A DNA stretch of 64,000 bases, from positions 10,108,001 through 10,172,000 of the forward strand of contig OZ076409.1 in NCBI GenBank assembly GCA_964187785.1, read 5' to 3'. This DNA comes from Amphiscolops sp. MND2022 (taxonomy: Eukaryota). A program made the translations under genes and the position numbers. The first letter of the stretch is position 1. Every line of letters starts with the position of its first letter. The notes beneath the pieces are model-generated. The model saw nothing but the letters and a program-made list of their open reading frames with translations. It searched no databases and was not told the origin of the DNA. Below are positions 1-14,744 of this stretch, piece after piece.

Positions 1-3000
1 GGAATACTATAAAAACGTTCCATTAGACCTACAAAGTCAGGAAGAGAAAAAGTTGTTTGGCTAATTTGCGGAAACACTTAAAAAAATCAGCGAATTTTGT
101 TGAAAAATAGTCAAATTGGGCTAATTGGACCAAATATGACAAAGGCAAAGACTCAGGCGCTTTCACTTGAGACTTCAGAGAGTGTTCCAAAACCCTATTT
201 TTGTGCTTGGTAGTACAAAACACTACTTCCAAGTCGTTTTCCAAGTTCTTTTCAATACAAATTGAAACGTCATCAGTGCTTTTCTTTTGATATATTTGAC
301 CTGAATAGAGGTCGCAATAGACCTGAGAGAAATAACATCAAAACGAATAATTGAATCAGCCCCAGTCCTCAAAATTATATTTTAAAACCTTCTTACACTA
401 CTGTCAGAACCACCCGGAAAGTGTGAGAACGAAGAAATAAAAATTTCTTGGTGAAAATACGTTATTTCAGCACTGTTCCGGGAGTGTAAAAACTGTAATG
501 TGAAAAAATTTTGGGAGACCTTGTTTGATACCTGCCGGGTTTTGCTTGCCTTTTTCTGTTAGTAGAGAGTTAAACGTTGCAAACGCAGAAAGACGCAAGT
601 GATTCCAACCAGTGGTTGCCGAGAGATAGCCAAAATTGTGTTTTTTTGCGACATTTTCGGAACATTGGAGTAGCGTTTCTGAGACAAGATAAAATCCTCC
701 TTAGTAGGAGCAGATTGCTTCATCGCGTAGACCCTAAACCGTTACGTTAGTGGTGTTGTATTCGTAGCGCTAGCATTACCAGTGATTGAGAAATCGTAGC
801 TGCAGTTCTTCTTAAAAAGAATATGAAAGTGTCAAAAAAAAATCGTTGAGAATCCCCAGGATATCCCAGCATCAAAATATTTGCATTTTCACACCCACGG
901 CACTAAATCCCGACGATTTGTGCAATTTAAGCAGCTACTGTCCAACCTGGCGAAATTGACTTCGGTTACATCATAGTTTTGTCACCTCGAATCGTCAGAG
1001 AGTGACCCAGGCACCTAGCAACTGCGTTTTTTCTGTTACGTGGGCATAATTTGCACTCGCACACAAATTTTCAGGTAGCTAGGACGCCTAGAAGGAGAGT
1101 TTGACAACTCGTTGCGAATTTCACAACATAGTCGATTTTTATATCAACATTGTTGAGCCACCGCAAGTCATAGAATCAGTTTTAGTTAATTCCCCACGAT
1201 TCGGCCAGTGTAGTATACATTGTGAAATTTGCTGGTCGCTAGCAACGCTAGAAGGGATTTTCACCTTTCCCAGACGTGCATATTGACAACAATTTGCTTA
1301 TTTTGTGAATTTTCGTTATAAAAATTCACACTTTTCGCAAGTGTAGTTGCAAATGAGGGCTCGAATGACCCTAGATCTACACCAGTCACCAGTGGCACGT
1401 CCTGGTGAGATAATTTTGGTAGAGCTAAGGTGACCCTAAGACCTTGGGTCCCTGAGAAAACAATCTACGAGACGTACTAGTGAGAAAGTTGGAAACCCAA
1501 CGTTCCTCATAGCTGCCAACAAAAGTCTTCTAGGTACGCAACCTTACCAAAAATTGTGCGCGCCTCCCACTCTGCCTTAGTTTTTCCGAGCATCTCACGA
1601 CCTTACTTTTTTAGCTCCCTCTCGAGGGGTCCGGGGCGATATCTTTCTCTCTCTCTCTTGTGTTTTTTTAATTCAGGGACCTGCCAGGTCGGCCATCTTG
1701 ATTCGCACATTTTAGATTTTTTGTACCACTTTTTGTACGTCTTTTGCCGGACGATACAGCCTCCCCAGGCTGTAGTGTGGCGTCCTCGGCAATCAGAAGA
1801 GAATGTCATATACCCAGAGGGTTTAACAACATAATTTTCAACCTATCGGATCTGATGAGGTCCCTGAAATCGCAAAAAGTAAACACAAGGGCGAGAGAGC
1901 CCCCGGACTCCTCGAGAAGAACTGAAAAAAGATAAAAACACATATGATAGGCTAATCCTTGACACACCACGAAGTTGTGCTTTCCCGTCAAAAATGAACA
2001 TTTTCTTCGACAAAAACTAGAAGAATGATAAAAATCAGTGGTTATCCCCTGAAAATGAGGAATGATTACAAGCACGGAACTGACTAAACTCGAATTGTGA
2101 CATTATCGAAGCATCCCATTATAATATTATTGCTGTTTCCAGGTATTCTGATGATGTTTGACCTGCTAGGTCTTTATTTTAGTATTTTTCCTCAAAATTA
2201 TTGTTTTTCAGGTAAACCGTTTTTCGGACCTCGGAAGTATGTAGGAAGTCGCAGGAACCTTAGGATTCCTTTTTACAGGTTTGTGGGACATGTCCGGACT
2301 TTGAGTGTGCCGGCACGTCGCCACGAAGCTCTCATTGGGGAATCTCCTGAGACGCACAAAAAGTCCCCTTAGGAGACCATTTTGGGATTAAAAAGTTGTA
2401 ATCTCTAGGTTGTAGTAAAACACTGATCTCCTGTTCAAGCAATCTAGGCATTGTCCCACTTCTTGGATGTACACTGCTAGCTGGACGTTACATCTAGAAT
2501 TGTTTTTATAGCGCCCTACAGGGAACTTTTTTTTGTTTCGGCGTCGTACAAAGAAATTTTTCCTGCTTTCCGGCCCCGTTAGGTCCGGATTTAGGAAAAT
2601 CTTGTTGGAGGGTCCTAGAGTTTTTAATTGCCTTTTTCTAGACTAGCCGGTTTCGTACTAGTTTTTTCGTGTGTTTCTTGCATGTTTCCGAGGTCTAGCA
2701 CAAGAAACAGTCGGTTAAACACAGAGTACCCCTTTCACCCTAATAGTAACCGTTTAAATAGCTATTCCGGCCTATGTGGACCTGGTTTTAAAGGGTTTTG
2801 CAGTTTGATTTCATCTTATTGGCAATGTATGGGAAGTGTGAGGACGCGGAATGAAGGTCCCCGCTTGCTGTGACGAAGTGGTGGCGTCCTTCGCAGCTCT
2901 ACTTTCCTTCATCCATTGATTGCCACACCCACGACAACTGCTGGGTTACTTCGTTTTGTTCGAATTTTGTAGCTTTAAAAGCACAATCCCACGCCTTACC

Positions 3001-4754
3001 CATAATATCTGAAAAAGAAACCCTGCGTGTATTTTGACCGATTTTTGAGAAAAAATAGCAAGATCGAAACGCTATTTTAGCTAAAATTGCCCGAATTTTA
3101 GTTTAATTACTTTTGAAACCCAAAATTTCTCACAAAAGGGTACGGCTAGTGGGAATACTATAAAAACGTTCCATTAGACCTACAAAGTCAGGAAGAGAAA
3201 AAGTTGTTTGGCTAATTTGCGGAAACACTTAAAAAAATCAGCGAATTTTGTTGAAAAATAGTCAAATTGGGCTAATTGGACCAAATATGACAAAAGCAAA
3301 GACTCAGGCGCTTTCACCTGAGACTTCAGAGAGTGTTCCAAAACCCTATTTTTGTGCTTGGTAGTACAAAAAACTACTTCCAAGTCGTTTTCCAACTTCT
3401 TTTCAATACAAATTGAAACGTCATCAGTGCTTTTCTTTTGATATATTTGACCTGAAAAGAGGTCGCAATAGACCTGAGAGAAATTACATCAAAACGAATA
3501 ATTGAATCAGCCCCAGTCCCCAAAGGTAATTTTTAACACCTTCTTACACTACTGTCAGAACCACCCGGAAAGTGTGAGAACGAAGAAATAAAAGTTTCTT
3601 GGTGAAAATACGTTATTTCAGCACTGTTCCGGGAGTGTTAAAACTGTATTGTGAAAAAATTTTGGGAGACCTTGTTTGATACCTGCCGGGTTTTGCTTGC
3701 CTTTTTCTGTTAGTAGAGAGTTAAACGTTGCAAACGCAGAAAGCCGCAAGTGATTCCAACCAGTGGTTGCCGAGAGATAGCCAAAATTGTGTTTTTTTGC
3801 GAAATTTTCGGAACATTGGAGTAGCGTTTCTGAGACAAGATAAAATCCTCCTTAGTAGGAGCAGATTGCTTCATCGTGTAGACCCTAAACAGTTACGTTA
3901 GTGGTGTTGTTTTCGTAGCGCTAGCATTACCAGTGATTGAGAAATCGTAGCTGCAGTTCTTGTTAAAAAGAATATGAAAGTGTCAAAAAAAATTCGTTGA
4001 GCATCCTCAGGATATCCCAGCATCAAAATATTTGCATTTTCACACCCACGGCACTAAATCCCGACGATTTGTGAAATTTAAGCAGCTACTGTCCAACCTG
4101 GCGAAATTGACCTCGGTTACATCATAGTTTTGTCACCTCGAATCGTCAGAGAATGACCCAGGCACCTAGCAACTGCGTTTTTTCTGTTACGTGGGCATAA
4201 TTTGCACTCGCACACAAATTTTTAGGTAGCTAGACGCCTAGAAGGAGAGTTTGACAACTCGTTGCGAATTTCAAAACATAGTCGATTTTTATATCAACAT
4301 TGTTGAGCCACCGCAAGTCATAGAATCAGTTTTAGTTAATTCCCCACGATTCGGCCAGTGTAGTATACATTGTGAAATTTGCTGGTCGCTAGCAACGCTA
4401 GAAGTGATTTTCACCTTTCCCAGACGTGCATATTGACAACAAATTGCTTATTTTGTGAATTTTCGTTAACAAAATTCACACTTTTCGCAAGTGTAGTTGC
4501 AAATGAGGGCTCGAATGACCCTAGATCTACACCAGTCACCAGTGGCACGTCCTGGTGAGATAATTTTGGTAGAGCTAAGGTGACCCTAAGACCTTGGGTC
4601 CCTGAGAAAACAATCTACGAGACGTACTAGTGAGAAAGTTGGAAACCCAACGTTCCTCATAGCTGCCAACAAAAGTCTTCTAGGTACGCAACCTCACCAA
4701 AAATTGTGCGCGCCTCCCACTCTGCCTTAGTTTTTCCGAGCATCTCACGACCTT
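1..4754. repeat. Tandem duplication, period 3151 bp (1-1604 repeated at 3152-4754), in the long non-coding LTR/leader-like region upstream of the gypsy gag
   Basis: GGAATACTATAAAAACG at 1 and 3152; near-identical until CATCTCACGACCTT (1604/4754), where the copies diverge; duplicated spurious ORFs at 29/3180 and 1101/4251. Confidence 0.95.
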
Positions 4755-7700
4755 GCCAGGAAAAACCATACCAAATACAGTGTCCTCCTCCACACTCATT
4801 TCCAAGGTCTGCACTAGTCCCAGCTTAGCCGGTAATTCCCATCTTGTGCTCACCTAAAAAGAACAGCACAAGTACAGAAAAACACTACTTTGTGATACTA
4901 CGCGCCACGTTGTAATTTTTCTCAAAACCATAGCCAAGCCGGTTTCAAGCGCTAAAACGTTTTGTTCATACCTGTCGCACAGCCTGCGGCTTGATAAAAA
5001 GAAGATTAGTGTGTAGTTACCTTTTCAAGTAGTTAGAAAAACTTTTCCCTAACCAGCGGGGAAAGAAATATTTCGTTCTTTTTTGTAGTACTTATGCTTC
5101 ATTTAGCTAGTCGAGAGACCGTCGACCGTAGACCACAAGCCAACCATTTTCCATTCAGAAAATAGAAGGCCATTGTGAGCTACAAGCTCCAAACTCCGAT
5201 AAACGTTTGTCTTGAGTTACAGGCCTAGCATAATCGTAGATATCAGTTCTCTCCTTCATTCGCGTCCGGCTCAAATTTTCACGGGGGAAGGAGTAGGCAA
5301 GTCATCAGAAAGCTAAAGCGAAGCCCAAAAAATGTAGCAGTCAGAATTGTGCCTACTAAAACCAGCGACCGAGAAAGGATTTGAATTAATGGAAACACCT
5401 GCAACCCTTAAGCGAGTCTCTTAAGGAGCCCAGTGGCCTCCATGTCACCAACTTATTTGCAAGCGACGTGGAGGCATTATCCAGACTGAATAAAACGGAT
5501 ACTATAATTGCGAACATATAAATCATGTCAGACAACGTATCCAATGCTGATCAAAACGCGGACATAACTTCAACGAGCCAGCCCGAATCATCGCTTCCCC
5601 CGACAGTTCTAATCCAGTAGAAGGCGCTGAAACAGCAAGCCAAAGCAAGGCCTAGTGTCCTCCAAGAGGAGGTCACCAACTCTATACTTGATGATTGGCC
5701 GAACTCCAATAATAGGCTGGCAAATGAACAAACAACCACTAATGAATGGATACAGGAAACAGGTGCAAGCGCAACCACTGTGCAAGCGCATCCTAAAGCG
5801 ACAACACAAAATGACCCAACGGACTCAAAAGGAAACAACAATTCACACGCATCGGATTGACTAGAAGCGAAAACAAAAACAAACGATTCACTCCACTAAT
5901 GACACCGACCAAATCCAAAAAACGGCCAGCGGAGAAGCAGAAGGCCCCAGTTGAAGATAATCTTCTAAGATTCACGTTTCGACCGCCGGTGGCAGGTATT
6001 AGTGCCCGCCCAGCCAACGTGGAACAATTAAACCACACCTCGGGTTCCAGAGTTAGTAGTGTGGCCGCCACGGTTTCGACTATAACGAAAGGCATAAAAG
6101 AATCGAAAGCAATAAAAGTTTATTTTAGACAAAGCCTAGCCAAGCATACACTGGTACAAACGGGGCTCGCTCAAGAAAACAATGAGCATGCCCTGCGGGC
6201 TGAAGTGATCATGAGATATTTGAACCAGATGCCCAGAGGACTCATAGAAACACATGCGGAAGGACGCATGAGTCAAGAAAGATAGCCTCAACCAATGATC
6301 AGATTAGACTACGTGAAAACGTAGCCAATGTACGCATGTCGGAGATGTCAACCATTATGAAAGAGAGGGATCGCCAAGCATGCGAATGCCTGAAGCTCAG
6401 AACTCATGCAACGTCGGGATTCTGATGCCAACAACTGTGTGGTGGAGCTGATGACGACCATGCAGGACCAAACCATGCGAGTGAGAGCAGTAGTGGCTCA
6501 AACCAATGCAGCGCAAACACGTTTATGTCAGTGGCACCGAATTCGGCGAACGTACCCTCCACCAGCCCAGTACCTCCCCCAATACAAACCACGTACAGGA
6601 AAGTAGCTCAGCCCAGTGGAGAACAGGCCAAGCAACGTAAGCTGATATCGCCCGCCACATACAAAACGGAACCTACCAAGGCAAAAAAGATGGCAAGAAT
6701 AATGTATGCCGAATCACGCGATGAGGCAACTGACCCAATGATAGGTCTCATCCTCTGACCCATTGCCCGCGATGCATCGGATTGACTAGAAGTGAAAACA
6801 AAAACAAACGATTCACTCCACTAATGACACCGACCAAATCCAAAAAACGGCCAGCGGAGAAGCAGAAGGCCCCAGTTGAAGATAATCTTCTAAGATTCAC
6901 GTTTCGACCGCCGGTGGCAGGTATTAGTGCCCGCCCAGCCCACGTGGAACAATTAAACCACACCTCGGGTTCCAGAGTTAGTAGTGTGGCCGCCACGGTT
7001 TCGACTATAACGAAAGGCATAAAAGAATCGAAAGCAATAAAAGTTGATTTTAGACAAAGCCTAGCCAAGCATACACTGGTACAAACGGGGCTCGCTCAAG
7101 AGAACAATGAGCATGCCCTGCGGGCTGGTGTGATCATGAGAGATGTGAACGAGATGCGCAGAGGACTCATAGAAATACATGCGGAAGGATGCATGAGTCA
7201 AGAAAGATAGCCTCAACCAATGATCTGATTAGACTACGTGACAACGTAGCCAATATACGCATGTCGGAGATGTCAACCATTGTGAAAGAGAGGGATCGCC
7301 AAGCATGCGAATGCCTGAAGCTCAGAACTCATGCAACGTCGGGATTCTGATGCCAACAACTGTGTGGTGGAGCTGATGACGACCATGCAGGACCAAACCC
7401 TGGGAGTGAGAGCAGTAGTGGCTCAAACCAATGCAGCGCAAACACGTTTATGTCAGTGGCACCGAATTCGGCGAACGTACCCTCCACCAGCCCAGTACCT
7501 ACCCCAATACAAACCACGTACAGGAAAGTACCTCAGCCCAGTGGAGAACAGGCCAAGCAACGTAAGCTGATATCGCCCGCCACATACAAAACGGAACCTA
7601 CCAAGGCAAAAAAGATGGCAAGAATAATGTATGCCGAATCACGCGATGAGGCAACTGACCCAATGATAGGTCTCATCCTCTGACCCATTGCCCGCGATGC

Positions 7701-10700
7701 ATCGACAACCGGGGACTACTACTCCGCGTTGAGCTGTTTGATCACTCAAAAATCAGACTACCACACAGCACTATCACTTAGTGCAGGTACCAAGCCACCG
7801 ATATCGTCCTTCGGAGAGAACCCAGTGGCCTCAAGCACACAGTGGAAACTTAGTGCGAAAAGAAACAGCCCTGACCCAAGGCGACACGGAAGACAGAGTA
7901 TAGGCCAAACACGGGATTCCAAATACGCGTAGAACCATTCAAAGACAAGCCTTAGCAGAAGCGATATCGACGGCCATGTCGAAAAGTCTAGAACCGCTGC
8001 TAGCGGCCAAAGAGACACAAAATAAGCCGACCAAATATCGATGCTCGGGAGATGGGAATGCCGATGAATGAATAATGATCAAGAAGCACCATCCAAAGAA
8101 ACCACATACCAACGCAGCACCAATGGAAAGACGTTGGACGATCATTGAATCCTTAGGAGAACAAAGCGCGTGATTATATCACTATTAAATCGGAAGCCGA
8201 AAAGGACACTGGTGAAAAAGTGTTCGCGCTTCTTGCGCGCCGATTCGGAACGGGATCTAGCAAAAGCCATATACAACAACACTTTCGAACACGTAACCAG
8301 AACAGTGAGGAAGACTATATGCAGTACATCGATGCCCTTGAGGGTCTGCGCAGCCAGGGATTCCCTAATGAGAAAGTGACGGTACGTCGGTACGAGATTA
8401 TGCGAAAATTCATAGAGGGCGTAAGTTACTTCGAGCTGAAGCGAAACCTCGCTTTAAAGTATGCACAGGGAAAATATGTAGAGGCACCACCGACTGTAGA
8501 AGCGCATGCGCGGTGCGACACAATCGGAAAACCTTCCAGGGCAGCTGCAACCTCAGCCCGCTGATCAACAAACCTTGGGGACCACCAGCATCTAACGCCT
8601 AGCAGCCTCCGCAACCGCACCCTATCGTCCACAGCAACCAAGAGCATGTTTCAACTGCGGTGGTCCATCTTATTTTGCGATAGATTTTCATTTGAAGGAT
8701 GGAGCACGCAAACCGACACAGCAACAAGTCAAAGAAACGCAGAAAACCGCAAGTGATTCCAACCAGTGGTTGCCGAGAGATAGCCAAAATTGTGTTTTTT
8801 TTGCGACATTTTCGGAACATTGGAGTAGCGTTTCTGAGACAAGATAAAATCCTCCTTAGTAGGAGCAGATTGCTTCATCGTGTAGACCCTAAACAGTTAC
8901 GTTAGTGGTGTTGTTTTCGTAGCGCTAGCATTACCAGTGATTGAGAAATCGTAGCTGCAGTTCTTGTTAAAAAGAATATGAAAGTGTCAAAAAAATTCGT
9001 TGAGCATCCTCAGGATATCCCAGCATCAAAATAACTGCATTTTCACACCCACGGCACTAAATCCCGACGATTTGTGCAATTTAAGCAGCTACTGTCCAAC
9101 CTGGCGAAATTGACCTCGGTTACATCATAGTTTTGTCACCTCGAATCGTCAGAGAGTAACCCAGGCACCTAGCAACTGCGTTTTTTCTGTTACGTGGGCA
9201 TAATTTGCACTCGCACACAAATTTTTAGGTAGCTAGACGCCTAGAAGGAGAGTTTGACAACTCGTTGCGAATTTCAAAACATAGCCGATTTTTATATCAA
9301 CATTGTTGAGCCACCGCAAGTCATAGAATCAGTTTTAGTTAATTCCCCACGATTCGGCCAGTGTAGTATACATTGTGAAATTTGCTGGTCGCTAGCAACG
9401 CTAGAAGTGATTTTCACCTTTCCCAGACGTGCATATTGACAACAAATTGCTTATTTTGTGAATTTTCGTTAACAAAATTCACACTTTTCGCAAGTGTAGT
9501 TGCAAATGAGGGCTCGAATGACCCTAGATCTACACCAGTCACCAGTGGCACGTCCTGGTGAGATAATTTTGGTAGAGCTAAGGTGACCCTAAGACCTTGG
9601 GTCCCTGAGAAAACAATCTACGAGACGTACTAGTGAGAAAGTTGGAAACCCAACGTTCCTCATAGCTGCCAACAAAAGTCTTCTAGGTACGCAATCCACC
9701 AAAAATTGTGCGCGCCTCCCACTCTGCCTTAGTTTTTCCGAGCATCTCACGACCTTGCCAGGAAAAACCATACCAAATACAGTGTCCTCCTCCACACTCA
9801 TTTCCAAGGTCTGCACTAGTCCCAGCTTAGCCCGTAATTCCCATCTTGTGCTCACCTAAAAAGAACAGCACAAGTACAGAAAAACACTACTTTGTGATAC
9901 TACGCGCCACGTTGTATTTTTTCTCAAAACCATAGCCAAGCCGGTTTCAAGCGCTAAAACGTTTTGTTCATACCTGTCGCACAGCCTGCGGCTTGATAAA
10001 AAGAAGATTAGTGTGTAGTCACCTTTTCAAGTAGTTAGAAAAACTTTTCCCTAACGAACGGGGAAAGAATTATTTCGTTCTTTTTTGTAGTACTTCATTT
10101 AGCTAGTCGAGAGACCGTCGACCGTAGACCACAAGCAAACCATTTTCCATTCAGAAAATAGAAGGCTATTGTGAGCTACAAGCTCCAAACTCCGATAAAC
10201 GTTTGTCTTGAGTTACAGGCCTAGCATAATCATAGATATCAGTTCTCTCCTTCATTCGCATCCGGCTCAAAATTTCACGGGGGAAGGAGTAGGCAAGTCA
10301 TCAGAAAGCTAAAGCGAAGCCCAAAAAATGTAGCAGTCAGAATTGTGCCTACTAAAACCAGCGACCGAGAAAGGATTTGAATTAATGGAAACACCTGCAA
10401 CCCTTAAGCGAGTCTCTTAAGGAGCCCAGTGGCCTCCATGTCACCAACTTATTTGCAAGCGACGTGGAGGCATTATCCAGACTGAATAAAACGGATACTA
10501 TAATTGCGAACATATAAATCATGTCAGACAACGTATCCAATGCTGATCAAAACGCGGACATAACTTCAACGAGCCAGCCCAAATCATCGCGAGCTTCCCC
10601 AGACAGTTCTAATCCAGTAGAAGGCGCTGAAACAGCAAGCCAAAGCAAGGCCTAGTTTCCTCCAAGAGGAGGTCACCAACTCTATCCTTGATGATTGGCC

Positions 10701-13700
10701 GAACTCCAATAATAGGCTGGCAAATGAACAAACAACCACTAATGAATGGATACAGGAAACAGGTGCAAGCGCAACCACTGTTCAAGCGCATCCTAAAGCG
10801 ACAACACAAAATGACCCAACGGACTCAAAAGGAAACAACAATTCACACGCATCAGATTGACTAGAAGCGAAAACAAAAACAAACGATTCACTCCACTAAT
10901 GACACCGACCAAATCCAAAAAACCGCCAGCGGAGAAGCAGAAGGCCCCAGTTGAAGATAATCTTCTGAGATTCACATTTCGACCGCCGGTGGCAGGTATT
11001 AGTGCCCGCCCAGCCAACGTGGAACAATTAAACCACACCTCGGGTTCCAGAGTTAGTAGTGTGGCCGCCACGGTTTCGACTATAACGAAAGGCATAAAAG
11101 AATCGAAAGCAATAAAAGTTGATTTTAGACAAAGCCTAGCCAAGCATACACTGGTACAAACGGGGCTCGCTCAAGAGAACAATGAGCATGCCCTGTGGGC
11201 TGGTGTGATCATGAGAGATGTGAACGAGATGCGCAGAGGACTCATAGAAATACATGCGGAAGGATGCATGAGTCAAGAAAGATAGCCTCAACCAATGATC
11301 TGATTAAACTACGTGAAAACGTAGCCAATACACGCATGTCGGAGATGTCAACCATTATGAAAGAGAGGGATCGCCAAGCATACGAACGCCTGAGGCTCAG
11401 AAATCATGCAACGTCGGTATTCTGATGCCAACAACCGTGTGGTGGAGCTAGCTGATGACTCAAGAAAACAATGAGCATGCCCTGCGGGCTGAAGTGATCA
11501 TGAGATATTTGAACCAGATGCCCAGAGGACCCATAGAAACACATGCGGAAGGACGCATGAGTCAAGAAAGATAGCCTCAACCAATGATCAGATTAGACTA
11601 CGTGAAAACGTAGCCAATATACGCATGTCGGAGATGTCAACCATTATGAAAGAGAGGGATCGCCAAGCATGCGAATGCCTGAAGCTCAGAACTCATGCAA
11701 CGTCGGGATTCTGATGCCAACAACTGTGTGGTGGAGCTGATAACGACCATGCAGGACCAAACCCTGGGAGTGAGAGCAGTAGTGGCTCAAACCAATGCAG
11801 CGCAAACACGTTTATGTCAGTGGCACCGAATTCGGCGAACGTACCCTCCACCAGCCCAGTACCTCCCCCAATACAAACCACGTACAGGAAAGTAGCTCAG
11901 CACAGTGGAGAACAGGCCAAGCAACGTAAGCTGATATCGCCCGCCACATACAAAACGGAACCTACCAAGGCAAAAAGATGGCAAGAATAATGTATGCCGA
12001 ATCACGCGATGAGGCAACTGACCCAATGATAGGTCTCATCCTCTGACCCGATGCCCGCGATGCATCGGATTGACTAGAAGCGAAAACAAAAACAAACGAT
12101 TCACTCCACTAATGACACCGACCAAATCCAAAAAACGGCCAGCGGAGAAGCAGAAGGCCCCAGTTGAAGATAATCTTCTAAGATTCACGTTTCGACCGCC
12201 GGTGGCAGGTATTAGTGCCCGCCCAGCCAACGTGGAACAATTAAACCACACCTCGGGTTCCAGAGTTAGTAGTGTGGCCGCCACGGTTTCGACTATAACG
12301 AAAGGCATAAAAGAATCGAAAGCAATAAAAGTTGATTTTAGACAAAGCCTAGCCAAGCATACACTGGTACAAACGGGGCTCGCTCAAGAGAACAATGAGC
12401 ATGCCCTGCGGGCTGGTGTGATCATGAAAAATGTGATCGAGATGCGCAGAGGACTCATAGAAATACATGCGGAAGGATGCATGAGTCAAGAAAGATAGCC
12501 TCAACCAATGATCTGATTAGACTACGTGAAAACGTAGCCAATACACGCATGTCGGAGATGTCAACCATTATGAAAGAGAGGGATCGCCAAGCATACGAAC
12601 GCCTGAGGCTCAGAAATCATGCAACGTCGGTATTCTGATGCCAACAACCGTGTGGTGGAGCTAGCTGATGACTCAAGAAAACAATGAGCATGCCCTGCGG
12701 GCTGAAGTGATCATGAGATATTTGAACCAGATGCCCAGAGGACTCATAGAAAGACATGCGGAAGGACGCATGAGTCAAGAAAGATAGCCTCAACCAATGA
12801 TCAGATTAGACTACGTGACAACGTAGCCAATATACGCATGTCGGAGATGTCAACCATTATGAAAGAGAGGGATCGCCAAGCATGCGAACGCCTGAAGCTC
12901 AGAACTCATGCAACGTCGGGATTCTGATGCCAACAACTGTGTGGTGGAGCTGATGACGACCATGCAGGACCAAACCCTGGGAGTGAGAGCAGTAGTGGTT
13001 CAAACCAATGCAGCGCAAACACGTTTATGTCAGTGGCACCGAATTCGGCGAACGTACCCTCCACCAGCCCAGTACCTCCCCCAATACAAACCACGTACAG
13101 GAAAGTAGCTCAGCACAGTGGAGAACAGGCCAAGCAACGTAAGCTGATATCGCCCGCCACATACAAAACGGAACCTACCAAGGCAAAAAAGATGGCAAGA
13201 ATAATGTATGCCGAATCACGCGATGAGGCAACTGACCCAATGATAGGTCTCATCCTCTGACCCATTGCCCGCGATGCATCGACAACCGGGGACTACTACT
13301 CCGCGTTGAGCTGTTTGATCACTCAAAAATCAGACTACCACACAGCACTATCACTTAGTGCAGATACCAAGCCACCGATATCGTCCTTCGGAGAGAACCC
13401 AGTGGCCTCAAGCACACAGTGGAAAGTTAGTGCGAAAAGAAACAGCCCTGACCCAAGGCGACACGGAAGACAGAGTATAGGCCAAACACGGGATTCCAAA
13501 TACGCGTAGAACCATGCAAAGACAAGCCTTAGCAGAAGCGATATCGACGGCCATGTCGAAGAGTCTAGAACCGCTGCTAGCGGCCAAAGAGACACAAAAT
13601 AAGCCGACCAAATATCGATGCTCGGGAGATGGGAATGCCGATGAATGAATAATGATCAAGAAGCACCATCTAAAGAAACCACATACCAACGCAGCACCAA

Positions 13701-14309
13701 TGGATAGACGTTGGACGATCATTGAGTCCTTAGGAGAACAAAGCGCGTGATTATATCACTAATAAATTGGAAGCCGAAAAGGACACTGATGAAAAAGTGT
13801 TCGCGCTTCTTGCGCGCCGATTCGGAACGGGATCTAGCAGAGCCATATACAACAACACTTTCGAACACGTAACCAGAACAGTGAGGAAGACTATATGCAG
13901 TACATCGATGCCCTTGAGGGTCTGCGCAGCCAGGGATTCCCTAATGAGAAAGTGACGGTACGTCGGTACGAGATTATGCGAAAATTCATAGAGGGCGTAA
14001 GTTACTTCAAGCTGAAGCGAAACCTCGCTTTAAAGTATGCACAGGGAAAATATGTAGAGGCACCACCGACTGTAGAAGCGCATGCGCGGTGCGACACAAT
14101 CGGAAAACCTTCCAGGGCAGCTGCAACCTCAGCCCGCTGATCAACAAACCTTGGGGACCACCAGCATCTAACGCCTAGCAGCCTCCGCAACCGCACCATA
14201 TCATCCACAACAACCAAGAGCATGTTTCAACTGCGGTGGTCCATCTTATATTGCGATAGATTGTCATTTGAAGGATGGAGCACGCAAACCGACACAGCAA
14301 CAAGTCAAA
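3732..14309. repeat. Tandem duplication of leader + gag (unit 1 ~3732-8733, unit 2 ~8735-14309)
   Basis: Near-identical sequence at offset ~5003 (4251 vs 9254; 5857 vs 10857); junction at ~8731 where the gag 3' end (CACAGCAACAAGTCAAA) returns to leader sequence (AAACGCAGAAA). Confidence 0.93.
5526..8733 (+). pseudogene. gag: gag remnant, copy 1, with an internal 925-bp duplication
   Basis: VFALLARRFGTG...EEDYMQYIDALEGLRSQGFPNEKVTVRRYEIMRKFIE matches VFDLLASRFGTG...REDWMQYLDALEGLRSQGFPGESVTTKRYEILQRFIE at 56.4 kb. Confidence 0.85.
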
Positions 14310-14470
14310 CACCTGCCACACCAGCCCAGGCTGGGGATGGACTTGCCCATCGAATTTGCACGGAACGAACCAGGCCGTTTTTCCCGCAATGTTGCCATTG
14401 CAAGGAACGGCAGCTTTTAGCGCTAACTTTGGACGGACGGACATTCAGCATCCGATTGTCTGACGCCTGA
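10521..14470 (+). pseudogene. gag: gag remnant, copy 2, with internal 1213-bp and 289-bp duplications
   Basis: Near-identical to 5526-8733; same MQYIDALEGLRSQGFP motif at 13895. Confidence 0.85.
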
Positions 14471-14744
14471 AATCACTAGACAAGAAGAACTTTGAGAACG
14501 GCACTGTACGCCCCGTTAACCTACACGCGGAAAACATGGACTCCGATGACCAAACAAGCTCAATCTCCGTAACGGAAGTTGGAGACCTTCGCGACCAAAT
14601 GTAGTCACCTGCGGTGAAAAGTAAGTTTTGACCACCCTAGAAGCTCCAGCACCAAATTGCATGCAGACCATAAATTCCATCTACTTATGGCTTTCGGCTG
14701 AACAACAATTGCGCCCCACCTCAACCGTGGCAAAACAAAAAAAT

